Source of the DNA: Podarcis muralis
Lineage: Eukaryota
Assembly (NCBI RefSeq): GCF_964188315.1
Contig: NC_135663.1
Location: 35,650,001 to 35,714,000 of the forward strand
Direction: 5' to 3'
DNA length: 64,000 bases
Made by a program: the position numbers and the translations under genes. Shown here piece by piece: positions 24,227-36,510 of the stretch. Under the pieces are notes generated by a model. The model saw only the letters and a list, made by a program, of their open reading frames with translations, searched no databases and was not told the DNA's origin. Numbering within the stretch: the first letter of the stretch is position 1; every line of letters begins with the position of its first letter.

Positions 24227-26237
24227 TCCAGAGACCATTTAGCACTTCTACCCAGGCCCTTATAAGCTTTGGCCAAGGGATCACCTCCATCCTTATTTTG
24301 CACCACAACTTCTGAAATCAGTCCTGGACACCCTCTTAATAAAACCTTGGGGGGGGGGGCAAACTGGAATATCTTGCTGCCAGTCGCTAGCATAGCTCCA
24401 AAGTTCTCGCCCCTGAACCAATGCTGCATCTCCCAGCATACTCCATGCTTGATAGTTTGTGAGAGGCTGAAAATAGTAACCTCTTCTCAGAGACAATGAT
24501 AATCCAGTGCTTATTAGTGGAGCTTCTAGTAGTCACACAACTTCACAAATTTCAAAGGTACACAATCTCTGATGTTTCATCAAGTAGGTAAGGTGTGTTG
24601 TTGCTTTTAAACATCCTTTCTTTCACAACTACACTTTAAATTCCCCCCAAATTTAAGACAAATAAGGGCAATGCAATAATGATAGAGTCACGAAAGATAA
24701 TGATTTGCATCTCTGTGAGTGGCACAGAAAATCATTAATTAGGCATTCAGAGTGTAAGTATATATGTATAAATTAGCATCTATTCATCATTGAAACTGCA
24801 ATAGATTTTTCATAACGGAATATTAACTATGTGAAGAGATTACTAAGGTTTCTGGATGAAGGCATCAGGCAACTGCAACACAAAAGTAATGGGAAATTTA
24901 AAAATGTAAATACTGAAATGTCATACCTAAGTGGCTGTCATAACACCATAGTTTAATACCATTTGCTACAGCCTTGCTTGCTGGAAGAGGTTGTTCCTTT
25001 TCTCTCTCTTTTGTATCTCCTGATAAGCATAAGAAATATCAGACATTCATGCCTGCTCATTAAGGAGCAGAACAAATCACAATTAGTATTTTAACTTGAT
25101 AGAGAATACTCAGTCTCTCAGGCCTTTACATACTTGTCTGAAAGCAAGGCAGATCTGGAAAGTGGCTGGAGAGAGGGGAATTCAAAGAGACCGCTGGGCT
25201 GCAAACCAGAATGAGTACCGTGCGGCATGTTTTTTTTATTTATTTAGCCCTAGAAATCCAATCTTGATAATTCAACTGTCACATTGCAACTGCATCAGGT
25301 ACATAGAGGACAGAATAATCTATCAATTGCAGGAGAAGACAGAATGGGACAGATCAATGTTGTGTTGAAAAGCAACTCATAGAGTGGCCAATTTCAAGAA
25401 CGTAAAAAAGATCTTCACAAGAAAATAAGGCAAGCTGGAGACTAATCAAATCCTAGTTACTCCTTCAGTAATCAAAAGTTTCAAGAATAACTGAGAACTA
25501 TACTTGACTCTTGGTCCTTCCTAATTAATAACATACAGGCAGATGCCCACATTCGGTAACCTAATCTATTCACAATGGAGACAATGGGGATGTGGATTTA
25601 TTCTGCTTTCACTCACACGCTGTCACCAATATCAAGGAACAGAGGAAATACCTGGGTTACTTTTTCACTAGGATGCTCTAGTTAGGAACATCTGGACAGA
25701 ATCTCACACTTTGCCTAAAACCAAACCAGGGCCACATGGGATCCCTCATCATAAGATCCCACAGTGCACAAGTAGTAAAATAATCCCACGAGGATTGGCA
25801 GAGTCAGTCAGCTTCCACACATGCTAAGTGCATGGAGAAATGAGCTGTAGAGAAAATGTAATGCAAACAGTCGAACTGTCCTTATGGACTGACTGCCTGT
25901 GCATTAGGAGATACTAAGGTGTGACCAATCTACCCATAAATATCCCAGGTGTTACCTCAGAGCATTGTTAGCCATCAATCAACCTTCTAATGCCACTGTA
26001 TGGTTTATCAATCTGGTCCAAAAATTATTTAACCCCAATTTTATACATATATGTATGTATGTAATAACATATGTTACTTAAAATGACCCTGTGTGGCTAT
26101 TTCTCCCCAAAAATTCCTCTGCTGAAGAGCAAAATTATTAACATTTTGTGCAAACTACAGTGGTACCTCGGGTTACATACGCTTCAGGTCACATATGCTT
26201 CAGGTTACAGACTCCGCTAACGCAGAAATAGTACATC

Positions 26238-26352
26238 TGAAGGCAGCCCTGTTCAGGGAAGTTTTTAATATGTGACATTTTAGTTTATTTTTCATCTTTG
26301 TTGGAAGAGTGGCTGGGGAAACCCAGCCAGATGGGCGGGGTACAAATAATAA

Positions 26353-26395
<43 letters not shown>
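26238..26395 (+). mobile_element. L2-like LINE 3' end with (TTA)n tail, inserted in the Tigger-like MITE
   Basis: …GAGTGGCTGGGGAAACCCAGCCAGATGGGCGGGGTACAAATAATAAA(TTA)n; interrupts the MITE after …AATAGTAC. Confidence 0.75.
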
Positions 26396-26397
<2 letters not shown>

Positions 26398-26438
26398 TTA
26401 GTTAAGAACTTTGCTTCAGGATGAGAACAGAAATTGTG

Positions 26439-28349
26439 GGTGCGACTTCCGGGTTGACGCGATCGGCTAATGGCGGATTCCCTCCGAGCTCCGGAGGGAA
26501 TCGGCTCTGCTGAGGACGGGTCTCACCGTGCCGGCGACACGGGGACCCTCAGAAACCACAGGCGCGGATGCCTGTGGACTTGGTGACTCGGTGGGCACCT
26601 TAAACGCCCTCCTTGACAGTCGAAGAGCCTTTTTAAAGGCTGCGGAGAAGGTACGAGGAGTGGCGTGGTGCTGAGAGTAGACCGCTACCTCAGCGGAGCG
26701 AAGCCGCAAGCCATTACCGGAGAGCGTCAACTTTTTTCCCGACAATTGGACTGGAAACAAATACCCCGTAAGTAGAACGAAATTCGGACTTTAGAAGAAA
26801 TTAATATCCTTAATCTGGAACGAACGGGGGGGTAGTGCTAAAGGGAAGTCCGCACCCCCCCTTTTTCATGCAGATAATTGGAAGCAAGGAACGAAAACCT
26901 AAGATCGGATTAAAAAATCTTTTTGTGTCTTTTTGGACTGACATGAGATTCCATAAATTTGTGAGAATAAGCTTTTACTTTTTATTTCAAAGCGGTGCTG
27001 GAGAGAAGAGGTGTTTTTTTTTTCTTTTTTGGAAAGTTTTTACGGACCCCCCCCCCCTCCGGGACCCTGGTGTGTCCTGTATTAACTTAGCGTGAAAGAA
27101 CGGGAGTTTGACAGCTGTCAACTGAGCTGTCAAACGGCTAGATCAAGATAAGAACTGTATCCTTATATCTCTCTGACACAGAGGTGTTACATTTAACTAG
27201 AAGGGATTGGAAATAAAGTAACAACAAGTAACAATAAAGTACAGGACTGTTGGTGAGGAACTTTGAAAAATGGAAATCCCCCTAGGGGAAACCAGTGATA
27301 TTACAATGGTTGCGGAAGGAAAACTACTAGCAGAAATAGAAAGAACTCTTTGTCTTGTGGGAACTCTACAAGAGCAAGAGATGGTTATGGAAAAGCAGCT
27401 GATGACCTTGATCTCTAAAATAAACAACCCTGCGGATGGGAGTGAGGACTTGACCTTGAAAGATTTTACAACTGAACCAGAAAAAACATCTTTGGAGTTG
27501 GTGGAAAAGGAGTCTGGAGGGGAAAAAGTGCAGGAATACGAACTTGTGCAGCCAGGGAACAGAGAACTCTTTTGGATTACAAGTTACAAGAGAAGAAAAG
27601 CAAAGGAGAAAGCCCACGGATATCATGGAGTTAAAGTCAAAGGAATAAAGAAACACAACTGGGACTTTCTCCTTTTTTCTGGCCTTGTTGACTGTGATTT
27701 CGAGGAACTTTTGTTAGAACTCTGGCAGCAAACCCGATTGGAAGGTGATTGGAGAGAAGGTGAAGAGATTGTGTTTAACATCCCTCGAGACTTGGATATC
27801 TACAAGAAGGACTACCAACAGAACAGGCGGAGAGAGACTCAAAGGGACTTAAAAGCCTCTGATGTGAGAAATCCGGGCTAAGAGTGCTACAAGAGGACAG
27901 GGATCTGGGAAGGGACAGATACCAGGGCGGGGAGGAGGGGGGGGAAATCTCACTTCATCTTATGATTTTTGGGTTTTATTATCTTAATTTAGATTCTAAA
28001 TATGAAAAAGTGGAATTTATGATATAAGAACCTGGATCGATCTTAGAAAATGGATTTAATGTATATAAGAGAACTAGATAATTAAATTGGGCCTAGCAAA
28101 GGGAATTAAGTTTAAGTATAACAAGAACAGGTTGAAGGAGTGAAATAAGAACTTGCTGAATTATACAGGAGAATTGGGATGCATGGGGTGGGGTGGGGGG
28201 AAGTCAAGAAAGAGGGTGATGAAAGAATCTATTTGTATTCTTTTTATTTTTTTTTCTTTTCTTTTTCTGTTCTTTTTGTTTTTGTTTTGCTCTTTTTGTT
28301 GTTATAAAACTCTGAAAACTCAATAAAAATTTATATATATAAAAAAAAA
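26439..28349 (+). mobile_element. Full-length 1.9-kb L1-type non-autonomous retroelement (HAL1/'half-L1'-like) with a single ORF
   Basis: 16-bp perfect TSD gagaacagaaattgtg (26423-26438 / 28350-28365); CpG-rich 5' end; G-rich and T-rich 3' UTR; AATAAA 28322-28327; A-tail; no ORF2. Confidence 0.8.
27270..27881 (+). CDS. Intact 203-aa ORF of the retroelement; putative diverged L1 ORF1p-like protein
   Basis: ATG in good Kozak context (AAAATGG); uninterrupted; N-terminal heptad-like segment and C-terminal FNIPRDL…QNRRRE reminiscent of the L1 ORF1p CTD. The homology is my inference. Confidence 0.55.
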   Translation: MEIPLGETSDITMVAEGKLLAEIERTLCLVGTLQEQEMVMEKQLMTLISKINNPADGSEDLTLKDFTTEPEKTSLELVEKESGGEKVQEYELVQPGNRELFWITSYKRRKAKEKAHGYHGVKVKGIKKHNWDFLLFSGLVDCDFEELLLELWQQTRLEGDWREGEEIVFNIPRDLDIYKKDYQQNRRRETQRDLKASDVRNPG

Positions 28350-29479
28350 GAGAACAGAAATTGTGCTCTGGCGACGTGGCAGCAGCAGATGGCCCCATTA
28401 GCTAAAATGGTGCTTCAGGTTAAGAACAGTTTCAGGTTAAGAAGGACCTCCGGAACGAATTAAGTACTTAACCCGAGGTACCACTGTATTGTCTTTCTTT
28501 AAAGTTGGATAATTTAATGGCCTCTATGTTCTGACATGTTCCATATTTCATAAGCATTCAGTAGTAGCAGAACTTTTTGTTCTTCAGCTGGCCAATTTTA
28601 TATTATATGTTTAACTGCAAGAGTTGCTGGACTTTTTTGTTGCATACATTTGGGCATTTGAGGTTTTAAAAAGAAGTCTGTGAATTGGGCATTTACCGTA
28701 TGAACAACCCACACCTAACACCAGCATAGAAAATGGCTTGCCCTGGGAGCATTCTGATGCAAACTTGCCTTTCCTGAGAAAATATAATAAGGAATAGAAA
28801 TAGTTATGTTTAAAATAAGGGCAACTTAACCTTGTGTACAGAATGAGCAGGACTCTTCAAAGACTGTGCCACTGAAGGCTAAGAAAAAATAAAGATTTAT
28901 GGAAATGTACAAAACATGTGAAGAATAATAGCTCCCTTGTTGGGACAGAAATCAGCAACAGGAATGTTGAAATAATGTGATCAACAAAACAGAGCTGGCA
29001 ATTTCAGCGATTGTTAGCATATATCAGCTTTACATAGAAAAATACCAATATTTATTCCAGACATAGGGACAGAATCTAGCTGCTGCTAACGCTCAGGGAG
29101 CAAACAACCACGCTTGTCCAGCAGTTGTGGTAACAGTAGGGCCTATTCATGCACCAGAAGTGGTTGCATGGGTGTGCAGCATGAACCTGAAGGTATAATT
29201 ACTCTAAAATGCAGCATTTTAGTGATGAATCCTGAAAAGACACCTGCTGGCTGCATAGCTGATGGCCCAGAAGCTCCTGCCTAGTTTGTCACTTCTTCTA
29301 CTCCTGTGGCTCTGTGCTAATGGGAGGGAAGGTAGCTTGAGAGAGGCGGCTAGGAACCCAGGTAACTGATGTGGAGACATCCAGTCCTGGGTCAGGGATC
29401 TCTGGATCTGATGGTGCTATGGTGGAGGTTTTCTCACTGTATTCCTCTTCTTCCTCTGAGACAGCAGGCCACAGGTATG

Positions 29480-29610
29480 AGTAGGGCTGGACACTGAGAT
29501 GTATCTGAAGTATTTTCCACCACCTGCTACCTGCTCTTTTTAACTGGAGATGTCAAGGATTGAACTTGTGCCTTCTGCATGCAACGCGCAAGTTGAGCTA
29601 TGGTCCCTCC
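29480..29610 (-). mobile_element. Squam2-like SINE fragment (tRNA head)
   Basis: Reverse complement of CTGGAGATGTCAAGGATTGAAC…CCTTCTGCATGCAA…GAGCTATGG. Confidence 0.6.
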
Positions 29611-30619
29611 TGTGATCTTATGATGGTCAGGAACTACAGTGAAGGAGGAGTGGATCCTCTTGCCATTTAGGGCTCATCCACCTTTAAAGTGCCATGTCCA
29701 AGTACTGTACTTCCCCCGCCCCCAGCGCTTTCACCATGAAAACCCACTCTTTAGTGCTTTATATGAACAAATGGCAATTGAGGTTTTCCATGGATTGCTT
29801 GGACAAGCACAGAAATGTGCTAGAAATGTGGCACAAAAGGGAGTCTGGATGAGCCCTTAGCAAAAGGAGGCAAATTTTCCCCACAGATCTCACTCAGCAT
29901 GCTGATGCCACGGCAGCTAGAGCTGTGGATGTGATTTTGCTGCAAGTCTCATGGATTTCAATGGAACTCGCTTCCAAAAAACATGTGCCTGGATGAACCT
30001 GCGATATAATAAAGTGTGAGAAGGCACCATTCTGTAGTATCATTGTCGAGATTTAATGAGCAAGGTTAATTGGGAACTGATACGCCCCAACAGGAGAAAA
30101 GCTTTGTGAAAGTTCTTCAAGGGTGTATTTTTTTTTATTTGAAGAAAGGTAATTATAATATAAAAGAATCGCACAAGATGTTCTTTAAATTCCTATGGTG
30201 GGGGGGGGTGCATCTGAATGAGCTGCTGCATCTATCCTGAGTGGATGGGAGAGAAAGAGAACAGGAGGCCAAGGGGATTGTGTCACAAGAATATGCTCTA
30301 TGTCTTCTGTAGCTGGTAATGGCTTGATCAAATAGCCATTAAACCCCTGAGAAAAAATGCCTTCAAAGATGAAATGAGGTTCTTTGATAGAAGCTTTGAT
30401 CAGGATGGAGAAAGTTTAGATATTCAAGGACAAATCCTGCTTTTCAGCAGTGGCGTAAGGAACATAATGTCAAGTCTGCCTGGAGAAAAGAAATAGTGGT
30501 TTGGTGGAGGGCAGTTGTTTCTCAAAGGCATTTGAATCTGAACACAAGTGCATCCCAGTGCCCCCCCCCCCATATTACTATTGTATTTGAAGGTGGTGTG
30601 CACACATTCCTCCATGCTA

Positions 30620-30752
30620 TTTACTACCCTGTGAGGTAGTTTAGGCTGAGAGATAGTGACTAGCCCAAAGTCACCCAGTGAGCTTCATGGCCCAGTGGGG
30701 ATCTGAACCCTGCTCTCCCAGGCCTGGTCCAACACACTTACCACTACACCAA
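30620..30752 (-). mobile_element. Squam3/MIR-like SINE
   Basis: CCCTGTGAGGTAG…GGCTGAGAGATAGTGACTAGCCCAAAGTCACCCAGTGAGCTTCATGGC…ACCACTACACCA is the reverse complement of the CORE-SINE 5' part. Confidence 0.8.
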
Positions 30753-32134
30753 ACGAAGATTTTGCATTGGGGTTACCTCATGGAAACAAGTTTGCCCCAC
30801 AAGATTGTCGGTTGTGTTTTCTGACAACTATCCTCCTCTTTAGATCCACATTTAATTTTCAGTAACTCTGGTGAGACAGTCAAAAAAATTTGTTCCAAGT
30901 TGTAATTATGCCTAATCCTCTTCCATTTTGTTTTGTGGGAGACTAATGGGAGTTGAAATTGTGCAACCAAATATGTAAAATCAAGTGGAAGACACAAATC
31001 TCACCCTTGTGATTAGTAGGGGTGGGCAATGCTAACAGGACTAAGGTAAGGGTCCTGGCGTCAAGATTTGACGATCTTAAAAATATCCCTGAATATTGCT
31101 TGGCCTAGAGAAGGTTGCTTTGATGAGAAAAGCTTCAAGGCCCAGCCGGCTATCACAAGTCCTCCTTTGTGAGCTTCAGAACTTCTTCTGAACTGTTCCA
31201 ACCACAGAAAAAGGAGTTACACAACCTGGTCTTAATTGAAATATTTGGTGCCTGCTGATATGTTCAAACACATCCACCAGATCTTGATTATTCACTGGCA
31301 ATTAAAGCTATTAAGTCAGCAGACAGACAGCAGGTTATTTCATTGTGATTTGACAAAGCCAGCCGTCTTGCTCTCCCCTTCTATATGACAGCACTATAAT
31401 TAGCGGTAATCAAATATGATTTGGACTAGGTGTTGCACGCCTGCTTTCTTAGCCAGAAAGGTATCCTGCCGGTTGCATAATCTGGAAACGCACAATTCTC
31501 TGGACAGAAAAGTAGCACAATGAAAACACGAAGACTCAGGGGGAGGGGGAAGCTGAAGTTTTTTCCCTTCCTCGCTGTGAGTTTACCAGGCAGGTTGCAT
31601 CTTGCATGTTAGACGATTCAGAATTAACCATAAGTTTAATTTCGGTAAGTTATATTTAAGGAAAAACAATTAAGTTAAATTACAAAAGTCTGATCAAAAA
31701 ATATTGTGAAATGCACTAATAAGTATAATTATTCTCCGCACAGATATTCTCCGCTTGAGAAGCGCCTGTAACCTCCATTAACATTAATGGGAGCTCTGCT
31801 TGTGCATCAGGCGCAGACTAGAACCTAATAGGGCATTACAGCTTCAAAGTGCTGTACAAACATTAACTAATTACTACTCATAACCATATTGGATGGTAGG
31901 TGAGGAAGGATTAATAAAACTTGATTCCAGGTGGTATTGGAAATGTACTCTTCAAGAAAACCAGGGATTCACTGTGCTACCACTGCAGCCAGAGCAAGAT
32001 GTACTTTACAGGGTGAAAGTGAAAAACACCAAGGCAAGTTGAATGAAAATAATGGTGTTCCTGCCCTAGCTAAGTGGGACCTTTCATGTCCCAAAGCAGA
32101 GCTTTCTGTCATTCTGAATGTTTAAAGCTAAATC

Positions 32135-32317
32135 CAGCATAGGCTCATAGCTTAGTGGTAGACTATCTGCTTTGCATGCAGGACGTCTCAGTTTCAAATC
32201 CCAGCATCTCCAGGTATATGGTGGTGAAGGTGTTTTTTGGGGTTGTTAGTGGTTAAGTTACTCAAAGGTCTCTGAGCAACTTGAATTAAAAACATCAACA
32301 CAGATTCATAATACTTT

Positions 32318-32364
<47 letters not shown>

Positions 32365-32485
32365 AAAAGGGCAGGGTTGGAAAAGACTCCAGTCTGAAAT
32401 CCTGGACAGCTGCTACCAGTCAGTGTAGACAGTACTAAGCTAAATGGACCAGGGACCTGACTCAGTGTTAAGACAGTATCCTTTT
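32135..32485 (+). mobile_element. Squam2-like SINE split by an ~150-bp insert containing (TTG)n (32318-32364)
   Basis: tRNA head TAGCTTAGTGGTAGACTATCTGCTTTGCATGCAG…; body resumes at GGGTTGGAAAAGACTCCAGTCTGAAATCCTGG…CAGTCAGTGTAGAC. Confidence 0.75.
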
Positions 32486-32550
32486 TCAGAAGAAACCACA
32501 CAGTCCAACTCAATCCCAATGTATACTGAGAAATTAGCTCAAGATTTCTG

Positions 32551-32551
<1 letters not shown>

Positions 32552-32618
<67 letters not shown>

Positions 32619-32622
32619 TGTG
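32552..32622. repeat. Compound (CT)n(GT)n microsatellite
   Basis: Direct reading. Confidence 0.98.
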
Positions 32623-34884
32623 TTGACCAGAACCGTATTCAAAAGTTAAGAGCACAACATTTTCAAATGAAAACTAGACATCAACTGTAGCAAGTAGTAT
32701 TAGGAAATAGCAGATTCATAACCTTCTGATGCTAGTGACAAAATAATTCATTGGCTTCCAGTCTGTTTCTATATGCAATTTGAAATGCAATTATCACCTT
32801 TAAAATCATAAATGACTTGGGTAGAATACACTTGTGTATTTGGATGATTATAGTGTTGCTATTGTTCCTAACAATGTTTACTTGGAAATAATAATCAATA
32901 TTTTTTAAGATCCCCATGACATGTGAGTGCAATTTTTATTCCCTATTATTATGCATATATGTTAATGCCCAAAAACCTGTGCGTTAAATGTAATTTATAC
33001 ATAGTGGTGTTAACTTAATGCTATTTGTCTGAAATATTCAGGATATATTATGTCCTCCTCCTGGCAAAGATTTCTTCAAGTTCAAGATGTCTTAACACAT
33101 TAAAGAGTATTAGAAAAGCATTTCAATTAGTTGGCAACCTGATCTTTTTAGAGACGTACCTTATTGTCTCATGCCCTGATTTTTTTTTCTTCCCCCTCCC
33201 CCCCTCATCCTAATACTTTAGTCTTAGAGCAGGCAGACAACACATTTGTGAAAACAAAACAGCCTGAACTCAAATCAAGAGTGAAATTAAATGCTGGCAA
33301 CCTTAACTGCCAAGGTCTACTAAGGTGGCAACCTCAGGGAAGGATTGTCATCATTTATGATGTTCAAGTAGCCAACATACTCCATTCTAAGCACTTGTTT
33401 ACCACAGCAAGTTTCATGATCAAATTACCTATTATAGCAGGCTCTGATCCCTTGGTGTGAGGGATGAATTCAGACAACAGTCCCCCCCCCCCCCCACCAA
33501 GAAGCATTGATTTTGGCAGTAGTGAAAATGAAGGTGGCACTAGATTGCCTACAGGGGTCCAGTGAATGGAGGGCTTTGTAGCAATCAAGCATGCAGGGAG
33601 GAAAGCTGCACTAATTCACCTTGTCAAAAAGTAGGCAGCCTTTACAAATGTTGACCAAGTTTGTCCTAGATCTCCTTTCCCCATCACTTTTACAGAAATC
33701 CAACATAACTACTTACATACCATCCAGAACAATAATCAAAATGTAAGCTGTTAAATGGACAAGAATACAGCAGAGTAACCTGTGAGCCATGTGATCTTTC
33801 TGTTTTAAAAAAAACAACCTGATGAGAAACACACAGAATGCATCTGAAGGAAAATGTGTAGCTTTCAAGCTGTTACTTGCCCACTCTGCTTTTTGTAAAT
33901 ATTATGTCATAATGTGACAAGCAAAGACTTCAGATCTGGGAGCAAGGGTCTTTTGATTGTGCTGCACTAATACTGTGGTATTTCAGTTGACCTGTAAGAC
34001 ATAACGATCAGCTTAAAACAGTCCACTGGTAGTAGTAAAAATTCCTGTTCGTTTTCTAATGGAAATAATTCCTGTCCTTTTTCTAGTGACGATGGGAATT
34101 TGTCTGTTTCAGGTTAGGATGTTTTGGAGGAGAGACAGCTAAAACTAAAACAGTGGTTCTTTTAATGTTCACAAACCAAAGCTAACTTGATTCATGGAAG
34201 ACTTCTGCAACGTTGCAAAGGGTTTGTCTGAAGAGTTTCCTGCAGACTGAGAAGGCTACTATTGTGTTTTTTTGTCACCATAAAGGCTAAGCAGTAATTA
34301 GCACAAACATGCTTAAGTGATTCATCCCATCACTATTTCTGCATCCAGCCTAGTTGTGCATAATTTAATACAAAACTACTCTTATTTCACCCTAAATGAA
34401 TGGAAGATCACGAAGAGTCAGCATTTCCATGCCTGCATGCTTCCCTGAACAAAACCACCTAACTTCCACCCATCCTCACAATATTGCATCAAGGAATTAG
34501 AACTGCTGGAAGCATTTGAACTGTAGAAGCTCATCTCAGCAAGTACTGTATGTAGAGTCTTTCCATCTTCCAGCACAAGGCCTTTCAAAATTAGCCTGAA
34601 TGAGACTTCCAGTCCCCAACAAACAGAGCCCCCTAAGAAAGCTGAATTGGCTGCCATCACTCAATTGTGGCAAAGGGCCAGCTACAAGAACACACACATA
34701 TTGGCACATGCCTTCTCTTCAGATGCCCAATGGAATACCACCTGGGAAGCAAAAAAAAAAAAAAGACCCTCTTGCAACAGTAGGAAATATGTCTACCCAC
34801 TACTCTTGCTTAATCCAAATAGGGGGGTTGCCTCTATTATACTGTCTGTTTGGTCCAGGCATTATGAAAAAAGTGAGCTGAGAG

Positions 34885-35029
34885 CATAGGAGCCAACTCC
34901 TAGGGGCTGAGGGGGCTGCCCCCAAAGCTGATAAGCATTGCCATTCAGATGGTGTGCATGCATCATATGATCAATTATAAGTTTTGCAGCTTCCCCCCCC
35001 CCCATATTTTATTCAAGTTGGCACCCCTG
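34885..35029. mobile_element. Short hAT MITE
   Basis: Ends CATAGGAGCCAACT / AGTTGGCACCCCTG; perfect TSD gctgagag (34877-34884 / 35030-35037). Confidence 0.85.
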
Positions 35030-35696
35030 GCTGAGAGGAAATAGAGACTAACAACTACTCTTGGCTCTAGCTATGTCTGCTCGTGCACCTTCAAAATCTT
35101 GTCCCTGGCACATTTCTCTGAATAGTGCTAAATTAATGCAATATGCAACTTTTATCACCCCCTCATTCCTATTCTTTCCAAGGATGCTATGGAGATGAAT
35201 TGAGAAAAGTACAAGGCAACAGAAAGCAAAAAATGTATTCGTCTGCGATTCTTAGCATATCCCATCAGGAAAAATGCCTAGGTGTTAGTAACTGAGAGCT
35301 GAAATTGGGAGTCGAACTTGGAGATCTAAGGCTGCATTAAAGAAGAGGGTGGATCTAAAATATTGTTTATAATTTGCAATATTTACAAATGATCAGGTTT
35401 TAAAATAGATACTCTCATAATTGAGCCCAGTACTGCCTAGCTCATATCAAAAAATATACTTCTGAATGAAAAGCCAGGGTAATTTCCTCTATCATAGATT
35501 ATGCTATGGAGACATAAAATTGCATAGAAATTGTATCAGGGTATTTTTATTTGTGTGGTTTTTTAGTTAATGAAACTCTTAAACTACATACAAACAGAAA
35601 AAGCTCTGAGAGAGCACAATACTGACTCCAGAATACTACAAAAGCAAATATGCCCTCTTTCCAGGATCTGAAGTAGGGTGTTGTGGGAGTGCGCAT

Positions 35697-35740
<44 letters not shown>

Positions 35741-36510
35741 TTTCATATCCATAGTGTTGCAAACACACTGCTCCACAAGCAACTTCTCAGCTTATTTCAA
35801 GAGCTGGAGATGCATGCAGAGCAGTGTTTTAAAAAATGAAACTCCTGCAAATGTTGAACAAAGCTGTTCAGAATAGAACTGTTCTTCAGTTAAAGAGTTG
35901 AATATGAGTTGATTTATAGAACAAAAATGGTTTTAAAAGTGTAATTGACCCTCAGGGTTTTTCAAGGAAAAGCAGTTTGAGAACTGCTGCCACAGAGCAA
36001 CATGTCATACTATCTGTGATTTGGCTTGTTCCATTTTGACCACTGGCACTGTTATGATTCAGACTTCTTATTTTAAGTTTTGAGGGAGTAAAGTATCAGG
36101 TTCTCAGGTGTTTTCTAACAATCAGGATCAATCTGTTGGAATACATCTGTACCAAGCTTCCACTTTCCATCTACTGTGGAAGTACCTTAACAGTTTTGAT
36201 ATCAGTGTGTCAACTGGGAACTAAGCAGAGATAAAACAGAGATACAAATACAAATATTAACATCAAATTCCTTGGTGATTATGAAGGAGACGGAAGTAAA
36301 CCAGTAATGCTAAAATGCTGCTATAGAAACAAAAGTATTCAAATTCCAAGAGGAAATTCATAGAACACCCTGGAGATGTGAAAGATGGATACTGCCGAAA
36401 GATGTTTTGCTCTTCCTTGAAATGAGAGAATATTGCAAAGGTGGGGCTTCCACTAGCTAGAAAACATGGGGCTTGGTTCCAGTATATTATTTAACTGTAA
36501 CACAAATTCT

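Larger units (their letters stand above)
26158..28486. mobile_element. Tc1/mariner-superfamily (Tigger-like) MITE split by two retroinsertions
   Basis: TIR CAGTGGTACCTCGGGTT at both ends, TA TSDs (26156-26157, 28487-28488), repeated CTTCAGGTT subterminal motifs. Confidence 0.9.

Noticed and set aside
29320-29470. Minus-strand acidic peptide EEEEEYSEKTSTIAPSDPEIPDPG…
   Set aside because: It ends in a stop without a clear donor and is more likely a purine-rich repeat remnant.
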